Below the pieces are notes generated by a model. The model saw only the letters and a program-made list of their open reading frames with translations. It was not told where the DNA came from and made no database searches. DNA of 64,000 nucleotides, taken from positions 238,826,001 to 238,890,000 of the forward strand of contig NC_058368.1 in assembly GCF_018350175.1 (NCBI RefSeq), written 5' to 3'. The translations under genes were made by a program, and so were the position numbers. How positions within the stretch are numbered: the first letter of the stretch is position 1; every line of letters begins with the position of its first letter. This DNA comes from Felis catus (taxonomy: Eukaryota). Positions 24,101 to 38,100 of the stretch are shown here, one piece after another.

Positions 24101-27100
24101 CTCCTGGGTTTGCTGTTCCAGAAGATTCCATGGGGCTGCTTACCCGCCAGTTCCCTGGGGCACTTTGCTCTCATTGGTGGGAATCATCAAGACATCACGG
24201 CTGAGGGGACAAGCATGTGGCCGGCCACCCCCTGGTACATCCGGCCTCATGCACACTGCGCTGCAGCCCCCGAGGCGCACAGCGGGCCTGGCGGCCACTT
24301 TCCATGCCACATAAGGGACTGGAATCAGTACCTCCCAGACTCTGTGGTGGGATGAGAGCGTTTCAGCTGGATTCCATCTCCATGGGCCTGCCTGCAGATT
24401 CCTCAGTGCTTTCCTCACACTTAAGTTTGGAAGTGTCAGCAGCCCTCGGGGCCCAGAGGACCACATCCTGGAAATGTCCCAAGGCGCTGGCTACTGTCTT
24501 GCAGTTCCCTGTGGAGGGCGGCTGACTGAGAACGGGGAGGGCCTGGCACAGTGGCATGGCCCTCGGGACAGGGTGGGGGTTCAGCCAGGCAGGGGGTCAG
24601 GCTCTGTGACCCGGACCCTTAGTTATCCTCTCCCAGCCTCACCTTCCAGACTCGTAAAGTGGGGCTGCGACACCCACCTCAGTCAGGGGGCTGCAAGGGC
24701 ACCTGGGCGAGGTAGGGCACACACTGGGGTGGGGGAGAGGCTCCCTCGGGCTGCTCACCCTCCCCCACCTCCCAAGGAGGGGCTGGCCATGCCCCAGGTG
24801 CCGGATGCATGCGCGTCTCCCTTGCCTCCGCAGACGTCTCCAAGGACACTTGGCTGCTGTTCCTTCCTTTGTTCCCTGTAAAGACGAAGACCCTGGTGGT
24901 CCTGGGCATTGGGGTGTTCGTCCTGCTGCTGTCCGCCCTCAGCCTCCTGCTGCTTGGACACCTGCTCATCTTCCACCTCTTCTTAAGTATGTGTCCTGAC
25001 CCCCACTCCAGTCTTTGTCCCTTGCATTCCAACATGGCCCAAGACAAGGTCTGCTGGCCCCTGCTAGAAACGAGCACATCAGACAAATCACAGGAAGAGA
25101 CACCCCTAGAGGGACAGCAGGGCTCATTCTGCTCTGAGGCCTGCAGAGGACACGAGAGGGCCTAGGAGTAAGATAAGGGAGCAGAACGTGTGAGGCAGGA
25201 ACAGGCACCATTAAAAAAAGAACAGGGGATTTAGAGAAGCACCAAGTCCTAACAACGAAAAATAGTGAGCCAGCGACAGGGTATCTGCTGACCCAGCTCG
25301 CTGCAGGGACACTGGCCGTTTCCCGGAGTCCACGCAGCACTGCGTGCAGCAGGCTCCACTATGCCGTGGCCCAGGGGAGGGCACGACTTCTCTCTGTGGC
25401 CTCTGCAAGGGAGAAGGTGGCAGCGGGGGCCCTATGTGGCTGCCGGAGCAGGTCTGGCGCAGGGAGTGTCCTCAGCAGAGCCAGGGCCAGAATCAGCACC
25501 CAGAGCCAGCGGTGGGTCAGCCCAGGCCCTTATCCTAAAGCTTCCACGCACTGGCCAATGGGGACAAGGGTGCATTTGGGGACAGTGCCCCAGCTGCAGC
25601 CTACATGACAGCCGGCAGGTGGCAAGCTGGGCAGGTCCAGAAGTCCACTGCGGCCACTCAGGACAGATGGATGTGAGACTGGAGAATAGGCCCACGGGAC
25701 AGATGGCCAATGGGAGAGGGACCAGAGGGCCCCAACCCAAGCAACAGGGAGGGTGGTGGTGCCACACTCACTGTGGGGGTAGGGGAGGGAGATGCACACA
25801 GAGCTTATGGCTCAAGGTGCTGTTTACAGGGTATCTGGACAGCAAAACACAGACTTCCAGAAAAAGTTGGATTATTAGCTATTGTTACAGTAAACTTACC
25901 CTGCTTGAAGTAACATAGTTATCACCTTGCAGTCTCTGTGGGTCATGGGTTCAGCATAGCTTAGCTGGGTCCACTAGCCCTGCTCGGCCACAAGGCTTCT
26001 GCCAGGTGTGAGGAGGGCTGTGGTCTCATCCGACCGGGACCCACGTTTAGGATCAACACCAGGGTGTTGGCAGGCCAGTTCCTGGCCTCAGTTCCCCGTG
26101 AGTTGTTGGCCGGTGCCTCTTCCCACCAGGACACTCCAGCACGAGGGGGCAGCCAGCCTTTTGTAGCCCAGTCATGGAAGTGACGCCCCTCACCTCTTGT
26201 GCAAGGTGCTGGGGCCACCCACTCTCCAAGGGACGGTGTGACGCAAATACCCTGAGGTGGGGGGTGGGGGCTGCTGGGGGGCCTGTCGGAAGCCGTGGGC
26301 AGCTGGATGCCCCACGTTGAAGTTTGGGGGAAGGACATCCTGACGAGGCTGCAGCACGAGCGGAGTGCAGCGTTGGTGAGGGCAAGACCTCCCAGGAAGA
26401 CGCACGGATGTCGGGGTGCCAGCAGCAGGAGTGTGGGGAAAGCCGCCTCCACACAAGCGGGGGGACGGAGCATCCCAGAGACCAGCGCCCCGGCTGCTGT
26501 GCTGGCGCCTAGTGTCACCGCGGGGGGGGACATGGCAGACGCTCATTCGGTGCACACCGCACTCTGGCCTCCCTCCCCAGCCACATCTCCTCTCGCTACT
26601 GTCAGATGAAGGCGTTTACACAAAACTCAGGACGAGTGTGAGCTCTGGGGAACACACAGTGTGTACTTGCCAATGTACTTCCCGATGGCGATGGGAGCCA
26701 TCCTTGCAATCCCTGCGAGAGAACGAGTGTTTTCGCGAGCGTGTGGCCAGGCGCAAATGACGCCCTGACACAGGTTCTGGGGGAGGTGGGAGGACCAGTA
26801 AGAGCCAGGTGGAGTTCAGCAGGAAGCCAAAGCAAACAGAGACAGACGCACTTGTACACACCACCCAGGGAAGGGAACAGGCTCCACGCGGGTGTGGGGG
26901 CAGCCCACCCTCCGTCTGCTCCTCCAGCTGCAAATAGGCTTCTGTGGGCGGCCCTTCTCCCTTTCCAGAAATAATTAGAAGCCATCTGTCCTCGTGTTGG
27001 TTTTAGGGAAAGAGAAGTGGGAGGATTGGTGCCTCTGCTGAAGCAGGCACAGAACCCGTTTCGTGGACGGTGCTGTCTATTGACAGAGCCGGGTCTCAGA

Positions 27101-30100
27101 TGTCCTTTCAGTGACCTGGGGTGCTTCTGCCACAGTGCCGGAGCCAGCGTCCGGGTCCACACTGGCTTTGCGGGCCTGGAAGGCTGCAGGGCAGCTGTTC
27201 CTGGGACGGGGCGCCAGCAGCCTTGGGGCTGTGATGAGCTACCGCTTGCCTCCCACAGGCCAGGTGGGCCCCGGGGTGGCCATGCAGCAGCCTCCCGGCG
27301 CCCCGGGTTAGGAGGCAGCTCCCGGCACCCTGGGGGGAAGCCCTGTTAGACTGGGTTGTGGCCTGTGGGCCACTCTGCCCGCTTGTGTAATTGTAACTGC
27401 CCGTTTCCACCTTTCTCCTCTCTAGTGTTCAAGAAGTTGAGCACGTATGAGTATGTGACACAGAACCGCTGTCAAAAGACTCCAAAAGTTCCAGCAGGGA
27501 GGAAAGAGCTGTCCTTCAAAATAAGCATGCCACAGGTAGCGGGTGCCCCTCTGCTTCACCATCTGCGCTATCCGGGCCTGGGGCAGCGCCCAGTGTCACC
27601 TTGCAGCTGGGACTTCTCAAACACAGTCCTTTGCTTCTGTGTTGGCACAATCCTCTGATTCCGTGTGTGTGTGTGTGTGCGCGCGTCGTGTGATGCAGTG
27701 TGCAGGTGTGTGTGATGCGGCGTGTGTGTGTGCGTGTGCGTGTGTTTGGTGTGAGATGCACTGCATGTTTGCACGTGTGAGTGCATGATGTGTATAATGT
27801 GATGCACATGTGTGTGGTTGCGTGTGCACAGTATGTGATGCAGTGCATGTGTGTGTGTGGTTTTGTGTGTGTGTGTTTAGTGTGAGATACAGTGCGTGTA
27901 TGTGACTGAGTGCATGTGTGTGACTGAGTGCATGTGTATGTGTGCATGTGTACATGGTGTGTGTGTGCAGCGCAGTACATGTGTGTTTGGTGTGTGGGAG
28001 GATTTGTACGTTCACTATCCACAGAATCAAGCCAGCAGGGCTGACTCCTTTTAGGCCCATATATTAATGCAGCTGCTTCTCATCAAAATTAAAAACACTT
28101 GCTTTTCAAACGGGTACCATTAAGAAAATGAAAACATAAGCCAAAGGCAGAAATGTATGCAAATCATATACTTGTGTCCAGAATATATAAAGAATTCAAA
28201 ATTCCATTATAAGAAAAATGACCCAGTGTTCTAACTTTTTAAATGGGCAAAAGATTTGAACCAACTGTTCACCAAGGAGGATCCATGGTGGCAGATAAGC
28301 ACATCGACATCATTTACCATTAAGAAAACACAAAACCACAGTAAGATACCATTACACACCCATTAGAATGGCTATAATCAAAAGAACCCAACAATAAAAA
28401 GCGTTGGTGAAGCTGTAGATCGAAAGGCTCCCACGTTACTAGTGCAGATACCAAATTATATCACTTTGATAAGCAGTGTGGTGTTTTCTTAAAAAGTGAA
28501 ATGTATACTCACCGTTGAAGTCAGCAATCCCACTTCCAGTTTCTTAACTATTAGAAGTGAAGACACAGGTATTCATGTGACAGGGGTGCTATCCCCCAGT
28601 GAGATCCTTTCCTAGGACCCAGGAGACTCTGAGGCACCATTACTCAAAATTAACTAATAACTGACTTGAATTGCGTATAAGACTAAGCCCAGTGTCAGCA
28701 GCTTTTTCACTTTGTGAATTTTTATCGCCCACAGCAAGCAGATGACGACCTGAGTCCATCTGCACGTAGGTAAATGTGTAAGCTTACTAGAGTTGTTTGA
28801 TCTGTCTGACAAATACTATATGCTCTCAATAGTCTTGCTTTAAAAAGTCTTCATGACTCCAAGGTTATACAAATATCCACATTCTTTGCTAGTATTTTCA
28901 CCAGTTTTATTCGCTTTGCATTTTGATTTCCAAGCCGTCCTGAATTTGCGTGTTCACGGAGACAGGGGCTAAGGTCCTTATGTCGCCCTGAGCCAGCGCC
29001 GCACTTCGCCCAGGACCTGGTGCCCCGGGCTCCCCCGGGAGACCCTCTTCCGGCCGCGCCTCACCCTGAACGTCCGGCAGGGGAACGACCTCGGCATTCT
29101 TTAGTTTTCATGGTTGACAATTCCTCCACGTTTTTAGTTTCTGTGTAAATTTTAAAATAGTTTTCGTGCAGTTCTGAGAAAGGCGGAGTTCGAAGTGGAG
29201 TTACAATAAACATTCCCTAGAGGCGGGAGCGAGCGGAGCCGCATGGTCTCCCCCGGGGGGCTCCACGCCCTGAAACTGCCCCGGAAGTCGGTCTCCCCCG
29301 GGGGAGCGGGCCGGAAGTGCCTCAGTTCGGTGGTGCTCTCGGAAGCTCGGTCCTCGCAGAAACGGGTCGGGGGCGACTCCCATGTTCCGGCGGAGCGGGG
29401 CGGGTCGCAGGGCCGGTGCCGGCTCGCGACGGAGGAGCGGGAATCCCTCCAAGGAATCCGCTCGTTCCTTCTGCATTTGTTTCCTTAGACACCCGGTGGC
29501 CATGCTTCTGGGAAAACCCGGGTCGTTTGGTAGTTTCACTTGAAGCGTCCCCTCACTGCGGTCCAGGTACAATCTGAGCACATTCCCTTCACCCTGTCCG
29601 GCCTGGGGGCCAGCCGCCTCTAGAAGCAACCGAGACTAACCCCGTTTTCGGGCAGTCGGTGTGGACGCCGCACAGGAACTGGGGACCCAAAGTCGCTGGC
29701 CGCCCCACGCGCTGCAGTCACTGCTGGCGCTCCGAGCACTGTCTTCCAAGTTCCGTTTTAGTATTATTTTGTGAGTTATACTCACGATGCTTTGTTTTTA
29801 TAAAATTGTAATCACATTGTTCAACTCTTGAGCCCCTTTTAAAAGTTCCATATATTGTGGTGCCACTGGGTGGCTCAGGCGGTTAAGCATGGGACACTTG
29901 GTTTCTACTGAGGTCATGATCTCACGGTTTGTAGGTTTGAGCCCCACGTTGGGCTCTGTGCTGGCAGCAGTGAGCCTGCTTGGGATTCTCTCTGCCTCTC
30001 TCTCTGCCCCTTCTCCCCAAGGTCTCTCTCTGTCAAAATAAATAAATAAACTTTAAAAAATTCCATACGTTGTGGACATAGTTAAAAGAAAAAGAACCAT

Positions 30101-31769
30101 AATTTTTATGAATATAAGTTATTTCATCTTTGGGAGGGACCATATTCCTCATTTCTGGAATGTTATTTCTTATTTTCAATCACTATAGTGTTCCCTTCTC
30201 CAACTGGAAAGTGAGCTGCTAACCTTTGTATTGAAAGGTCGATTGTGTTGAGAGACAAGCCCTCTCAATGCGCTGGGCCGTCTGTCACAGTGGCCTCTCT
30301 TTCCTGCAGAAGTGTCCCTAGTTTGACCTGGACACTCACAGCCTTACATGTTAGGCAAAGCCCACTGTCAGAATGTCAGCTCCTAGAGATCAAAGAATAT
30401 GTTTAAATAATGTGGCACTCCGCCCACCCCCCAAAAGAAAAATCCACTCAGTAAGTGCCCGTGAAGTTCCATGATGTAAATCACTGGTATATTTTAGGGG
30501 AGAACTTAGTGTTGGACTCTCTAAGGTGCTTCTCTCTAATAGTAGTTATCAGACCAATTTATTGGGAGTATTTCCTCTGGACCGTTAATCTGCTGCGAAA
30601 GTAGGATCACACGTGTGAAGATACTTCTTGCCTAATTCTACAGGTGTTCTGCTCAGCTAATGTCCATCAAGTGGCTTGTATTTATTTTCTGTTGTTATGT
30701 GGCAAATTCCCACAAATGTAGTGGCTTGAACTAAGACTCGTCTGAAAGCGCTTGTGGGTCACGTGCCGGGCAAGCTCAGCTGGGTCCCTGGCTGGTGCCT
30801 CCCAAGGCAGCAGTCACGGCTTACAGGTCAGCCCTCCCTTCTGGAGGTCATGGGGACGAGTCTGATTGAGAATTCCGACGCAGATTGAGAATGCCGACGC
30901 AGCTGTTGCTTTCCCGCTCTTGCCACGTGGCCCTTCTGTCTCTAAGTCGGTGATGGTGGGTCTAGTCTCCTCATATTTTAGGTCTCTCGGACTTCCTCCT
31001 TCTCCTCATTTCTCAGTTTTTAAGGATTCGTGTGATTGCATTGGACCTACGTGGGTAATCAAGGACAATCCTCCGTTTCCTACAGTTGCTGCAAGGAGTG
31101 AGCACAAAGTGACAATGCCGTGGTCTCCAAGGCAGGTCACTTTGTCCATTTGTAACTGAGCTCTGCTGCACCCACAGACTCGGGAACGCAGTGGCCCAGC
31201 GTGGGGGCGCCGCAGCAGGAAGAAGCACCCCTGTGGCCTCCCGCCGGCAAGCAGTCATAGACCTTTACGGGTGGCGCTCCTGCGCCGTGTCCTCCGTCGT
31301 GCAGCCAACCCGAGGGCACACGGACGGCCTCCCAGGAGCTGCTGGCTCTGAGGCTCTGCAGATGAGCATGTCACGATGGCGGCCAGTGCATGGAGCTTTG
31401 CAGCTGTCGGCGGCGCTCTCTGAGCTCACTGCACAAAGCAAGGCCCTTCTTTACTGATGGGAGTCTGTCCTCCCTTTTGCCCCATCCCTCTAGAGAGCAG
31501 CGCAAGGAGGCCCCGCCGCAGCCGAGGTGTCCGGATCTGTGTCCCACCATCGCCACGTGCCGGGAGAGCTCCCCGCTGCAGGTGAGAGATGCCGGGCACG
31601 TGAAGGGTCTCAGGCTGCCCCCGGAATGAGGACAGAAAACGCTTGGGATTGCTTGTTTGACTGATTTGAAGCATTTACTCGGTACCCAGGCATGCTACTC
31701 ATATGGGAACAAAGGTGGAGGGAGAAGAGAAGAAAAACAGACAGAAAATATTCTTAACTGTAGGGCTTA

Positions 31770-31803
<34 letters not shown>

Positions 31804-32109
31804 GGGGAGAGAAAGAGATAAATGCAGTGCAATCGGGGTGTGCTAAGACTGAAGTGGCATCCGTGTGCTTTAACGAAGGGTACTGATGTCTGCGTCCTGC
31901 TGGCTTTGAAAAGCACCAGAAAATAAAATGATGGATGGATAGTCACGTGGTTAAAAAGAAATATTTACAGCAAAATTTTAATGATGATAGGACCTGGAAG
32001 TTGAGTGTGTGGGCATTCTTGTACAATCCTTTCCACTTTTCTGGGTGTTTGAAATTGTCCATTCTTAAAAAAGTGTTAGGGAATAACTATAGGCCACAGA
32101 CATGGAGTA

Positions 32110-32152
<43 letters not shown>

Positions 32153-35100
32153 TGTCTATGTCTGCTCTTCACAGATTGAGACTGAGGCAAGAATGTCCAC
32201 CTCAAACTTCTCTTTGACATTTGACTAAAGTTCCAGCCAGTGTAATACAGCAAGAAACACAAAGACATATAGATTTGAAAATGAAACTGTATTTATTTGC
32301 AGGAAACATGCTTCTAACAAATCTGCAAGATATATGGTAGAAATAATAAGATAGCTCAGCGAGGTGGTAGGATACAAAATCAATATAATAACCCCAATTA
32401 TATTTCTGTATATTAACAACGAAAAATCTCAAAATGATATTAAGAAAACCATTCCACCTGCAATAACATTGAAAATAATAAAATACAATAAAACAAGCAC
32501 CAAATGTATGTACTTAAAGCTACAAACTATTGATGAGAGAAACTGAGCACAATCCAAATACACGGGAAGATTTAGAATATTCGTGGACTGGAAAATATTG
32601 TCATGATAGAAAACTCCCCCCAAAATTGATCTACATAATTACCATGATCCCTATTGAGTTTCCAGCAAGCTTCTTTCTTTAAGGAAATAGCAAGCCAACC
32701 CTAAAATAGATACAGAAATCCAAAGGACGTAGAGTGACCGAAAGAATTTAGAAAAAGCAGCAGCAAATTGGAGGACTTACTCAACCTGACTTAAAAATGA
32801 ACCATCGAGCTACAGCAGTCGGGACAGTGTGGGCCGTGAGGGTGGTGTGCCCAGTGAGGGGAGACATGCAGGTCGAGGGAACAGGATAGGAAGCCCAGAA
32901 ATAAAACCTGATCAGTGGGTGTTGAACAGAGGTGCCATGGGGCGCCTGGGTGGCGCAGTCGGTTAAGCGTCCGACGTCAGCCAGGTCACGATCTCGCGGT
33001 CCGTGAGTTCGAGCCCCGCGTCGGGCTCTGGGCTGATGGCTCGGAGCCTGGAGCCTGTTTCCGATTCTGTGTCTCCCTCTCTCTCTGCCCCTCCCCCGTT
33101 CATGCTCTGTTTCTCTCTGTCCCAAAATAATAAATAAAAAACGTTGAAACAGAGGTGCCAGCATACTTAAACGGGGAGAGATGAGAGCACATTCAATAAG
33201 CTGAGCCAGAACAATCGCATGACCGTGTGCAAAAAGAGAGGGCGGGGAAGAGCTTAATAGCTGCTTCCCACCACACACACAAGAAGAACTCCGAATCAGT
33301 CACAGTTCTGAATGTAGGGGCTAACCTATAACACTGTAGGAAGAAGACAGAATAAGACCTCTGTGGTCTTGGGGTAGACAAAGTTTTCTTTAATATGGGC
33401 ACCAAAACCACTATTAAGGAAGAAAATGGAAAATTTGACTTTTTTATAAAAGAAAGCATTTCCTGTTCAGGATTCACCACTGCAAAAATAAAAGTGTAAG
33501 TCACGGGTTGGAATAAATATTTGCAAACCCTGTACTTCAATCCAGAATAGATAAAGAACTCTTAACACTTAGTAGGGAAAAACGGCCCCATTTTTAAAAA
33601 GGGGAAAAGATTCTAATTAACTTTACCAAGTAGGCTATATGGGTGGCAGATAATCCCCTGACGAGATGTTCCACATCATCCACCGCTAGGCAAGTGCAAC
33701 TAAAGCCACGGCAAGACGGCTGGAACGGCTCCCTCAGAAAGGCTACCGGCGCCAGGAGCGGGAGACACGGAGGGACCGCGGCCCGCAGGTAGCCGCGCCA
33801 AGTCGTCGGGGGCTTACGGTGATACCACTGTGGAGAGTAGTTCGACAGTTTCCTAAGATCTTCAGTGTGTCCCTAACCTCTGACACGGCGACCCCCACGC
33901 AGAGACCCCTTCCTGGGAAGGCCCTGAGTGAGCCACACGCACCTGGAACTAACGACGGACTTGATTTGCTACGAACAAGCCTCAGTACCAACGATCTCTT
34001 CTTCTTTTTCCTTTACCCCCACAGGCAGCCACGGGTGACCTGCAGCCACCCTCACACGGGTAGGTTGTAAGCTTCCCGGACTGGTTCTCTCTGAATGAAA
34101 ACGGCTACGCGCTCTTAAGCCGAGTGCTTTGGAAAGTGACTCATGTCTGATGGGGTATTCTTAAATCATGTGACAACACAGTAGGAAATAACGCCGTTTC
34201 GCGTAGCAGTGCCACGTACAGCTACGCAGGGACCTCTTGCGCTCCACGTGCTTGGGGAAATGCAGTAATTGTCTCCCTGCGGACGACTCGCATCTCAACT
34301 AGCACGGCAGCGGCAGCGCTGATTTCTTCTGTGTGTCGGTCGGAGAACGTGCGGGGAGCGGGTCCCAGCCTCCTTTCTATGACCTCCGATAATACGTAGT
34401 TGCCCGTCGCTCCTGAGCCATGCCTGCTCATTCTGAGCCCGCGAGGAGTCACACAGAGGACAGCCCTGCACGCGCACATGCACCCAAAGTGCACCCCTGC
34501 AAAGTCACAGAAGCAGAAAGTGGCCCATTATGAAGGTCACGACCCAGGGTGAGCACACATTTTAAAACGTGCACTTGGTCTCCACTTTGAAATCGTACCA
34601 GTGTGGAAAGTCACCTCGGAACACGGAGAAACGAGAAATATGCTCACGTTAGGGTGAGGGTCTCGATCTGCCAGGGCTGCCCCGACAAAGGACCACAAAA
34701 CAGGTGGCTTAAAAAATAGAAACGTACTGTCTCACTGCTCTGGAGGCTGGAGCCGGACTCACCTCGACGTGTCCCCAGTCACAGGACCTGCACTTGGCTT
34801 CTCTCCTTGGCTCGTACCTGATGCTGTTTCCCCTTTGTCTCTTCAATTGTCCCATTTTGCCCCTTTCTGGCAAGAATGATTGAAAATTAACGAACCAGGA
34901 GGGCCTGCCTGCCCTCTTGCACGGACGCGGTCGTCAGGCCGAGGGCCTGCCCGTCTTCTGGCATGGACGTGGTCACCCCTCTGAAGGCCTACCTGTCCTC
35001 TTGCACGGACACGGCCATCGGGCTGAGGGCCTGTCCTCTTGTATGGACGTGGTCGTCGGGCCGAGGGCCTGTCTTCTTGCATGGACTCGGTCGTCGGGCC

Positions 35101-38100
35101 GAGGGCTGGCCTGTCTTCTGGCATGGACGTGGTCACCCCTCTGAAGGCCTACCTGTCCTCTTGCACGGACGTGGCCATCGGGCTGAGGGCCTGTCCTCTT
35201 GTATGGATGTGGTCGTCGGGCTGAGGGCCTGTCTTCTTGCACGGACTTGGTCATCGGGCCGAGGGCTGGCCTGTCTTCTTGCTCATATTCAGTCTTTGGG
35301 TTGAGGGCCTGTCCTCTTGCACAGACGCAGTCATCAGGCTGACCCTGGTCTCAGGTGATGACACCTTGAGCTGCTAGAGTCGCTGCATCTGAAAACCCCC
35401 CTTACAGCGATGTGAGGTCATTGGTGGACACTGTTCAATCCACTTGCACGGTTCAGTTAGCTGAGTGTCCCACGACCTACATCCCCACCATTGCTCTTGG
35501 TAATTCCTGAACATCTCTTCCCTTCCAAGCCCAGGGCCTCTTCCCAAATCCCCTCCAGATCTGCAGGGGCACCCCTTGTTGTTGACACCCCCTGCTGCTC
35601 CTGCAGCTCTCCCTTTAGGTGCTCCTCCCCTGCCCTCCCGGGGTCTCCCACCGTGCAGTGGACCTGAGGGGAAAGGGCGGTAAGGAGGCTGTGTGATGCC
35701 GTGGCCTGTGGTTTCCAGCAGCCATCAGCATCCCCTCCAGGAAGCAGCGCCTGTCCTTGCTGATGAGCGTCTCCCCTTCCCCCCACCATCCCACAGAGTG
35801 AAGTCCAACCATCTGCTGCCGGACGTGCACTCAGGTCCACCCTCCTGCACCAACACGTTCGTGGAGGACTCGTGGGTGATGGTAAGTGAGGCATGGCCGT
35901 GTGTGAGTGAGCCTCAAACACAGGGGTGGGGTCCAGTGCTGAGTCTAAGCTCCCCACAAGAGCAAGGGCAGGACAGTATTTGGACCTGCTTGTCTGGCTG
36001 GTTTAAGGCATTTATGGCGTCCTTCGGGGACACTGCTCGAACAGGACAGTGGTGGGAGGGGGATAAAGGGAAACAAGGTGGGCAGCACAAACGACCTAAA
36101 GCGCAGGGCGTGTGTGTGAGCAGAGAAACATGACAGAAAAATGGGTGCTACTGGAACGGAAGCATCACACGTGTGCTTGGGTGACATGTGTGCGCTCCAG
36201 CAAGCTCGCGGGATTCTGGCCAGGAAGGGCTCAGTGACCCACTTACTGTCACAGCAGAAGGATGCCCCTACTCATCTCCCAGGTCAGCGGGGAGGAGGGA
36301 CATACCTGGTCCACTGTGTTCATTACAGAGCCTGGAGCCAGAGCTCCATGTTAGAGATGCTGGAGGCCGGTCTTCAGTGGGGACTGGGTGTGACTGGCCA
36401 AGTCACAGCTTAAACCGTAGCCAACACAATTATGGCATGACCCCTCCCCGCCACTCGCTCCCATCAAGCCTTCCAACAAGTACATACTTTACGTGCATGG
36501 AGACCAGGATGCTGCTCCATTCCAGGGGTCACAGTGGTGGCTGTGGCAGTGATAGCATCTATTGGCGCCCATCCCTGCCATCCCTTCTTGGGTGGTGGTG
36601 GCCAAACAGCTTCTGAGTGACATGAAGGACACATCTCAAGAAGCAAAGATGTGATGACCATGTGGGTGTTGACCATGTATGACCGTGAGGGCCATGTCCC
36701 CCTGCTGGTTATAATGTGTGTCCAGGTGAACATGTGGAAGCCCTCTCTCTGATGTGTGGCTCTGGAGCTCGCCTCTAGAATGTGTAGTAGAGCAGTCTCA
36801 GGGCCACCTCATTCCCCTCCTGTCTCAGGAATCCAAGGAAGCTGTGACCGTTCGTTGTCACTCTGCTGGACACTTGTCATCCATCATCACGTTTAATCCC
36901 TCTGTGGATTGTCTGAGACAGATCATCATCCCACTTTGATGGCCGGGCTCGCCTCTTGGTGTGCGTGGAGCTTTAGGACCCCACCGGCTTAAACCCTCCC
37001 CACCCCACACCCCTGAGGATACATTTTCTTCTGCTTTCAAAACTGTATATGCCAGATATGGTCATATGGCTTTCTAGTGCCACAGTAGTAATAACATGGG
37101 GTCTGGGGCTTTTAAACATTTGTATACTTCATTCTAAATCTTCCAGTGTTGAAAAATGCATTTCTCACTTAAGAAAGGTAGTTACCTTTCCAGCCAATTT
37201 ACACAAATTACCAACACTGTCGAATTCTACCGAATTTTTAAAAAATAATGACACAAACCCTCTCAGAATATAGAGGAAGGGAGACCTGTTCTGTGAGGCC
37301 AGTTCCAACCTGATACCAAAGCCAGACAATGTCATCCCAAAAGAATACCATGAGGCAAAATCCTTCAAGAAAACACAGACAGAAACCATTGATTAAGTGA
37401 TAGCAAACCAAATCTAGCAGCACACAGGATTAAGTACCATGGCTATGTGAAAATTAATTGACATTATACAAAATACCAACAGTAAATGACAATAATATGG
37501 CACTGTCAATTCAGAAAGGGAGTTGCCAATAAGAAACTCTCACATGTGACAAAAAAATATTCTCAACAAATTAGGAATGAAATGAAAAGATCTTCATTCT
37601 GACCTATGCAATACACCTATGAAATACAACTAACATACTTCCTGGTGAAAGACTGAGTACGTCCCTCTTAAAACCGGGAACAAGGCAAGGATGTACTGAA
37701 GTTCCAGCTGGTGCAATAAGACAAGAAAAAGGAATAAAGAATAGAAAGTGAAACTGTGTTGATCACAGACAACATGATTCTAAAATACAAACAAAACAAA
37801 AAACAAAACTACTAGTAATAAAATAGCTTTGCAAGAAGCAGGTAAAGTGCTCTCCAGTAAGCTCTGGGACATTTATCTTCAGTGTTATCTAGAGCACACC
37901 TGAAATCACATACAGTCCCTACCTGGCGTCAGGAACCTCTGTGTGCCTCCAGCTAGCTCCACAGCAAATTGCCTCAGCATGGTCAAAGTAAAAGTTTCTC
38001 CATTGCCTTGGCTGACCTAGAAATGTTTTATGTAATTTGCCATTCTCTGGAATGGAAACAGTAAAAAATAAATCTCTTTTGACTTTGTATTGTTAAAAAA

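Noticed and set aside
29243..29488. 81-aa ATG ORF in the intronic CpG island
   Set aside because: Overlaps the promoter motifs; length expected by chance at this GC content
32939..33020. tRNA-like A/B boxes
   Set aside because: Head of a tRNA-derived SINE, not a tRNA gene
34843..35304. Repetitive ORFs or CRISPR-like array
   Set aside because: Contiguous LTR-embedded minisatellite, no spacers
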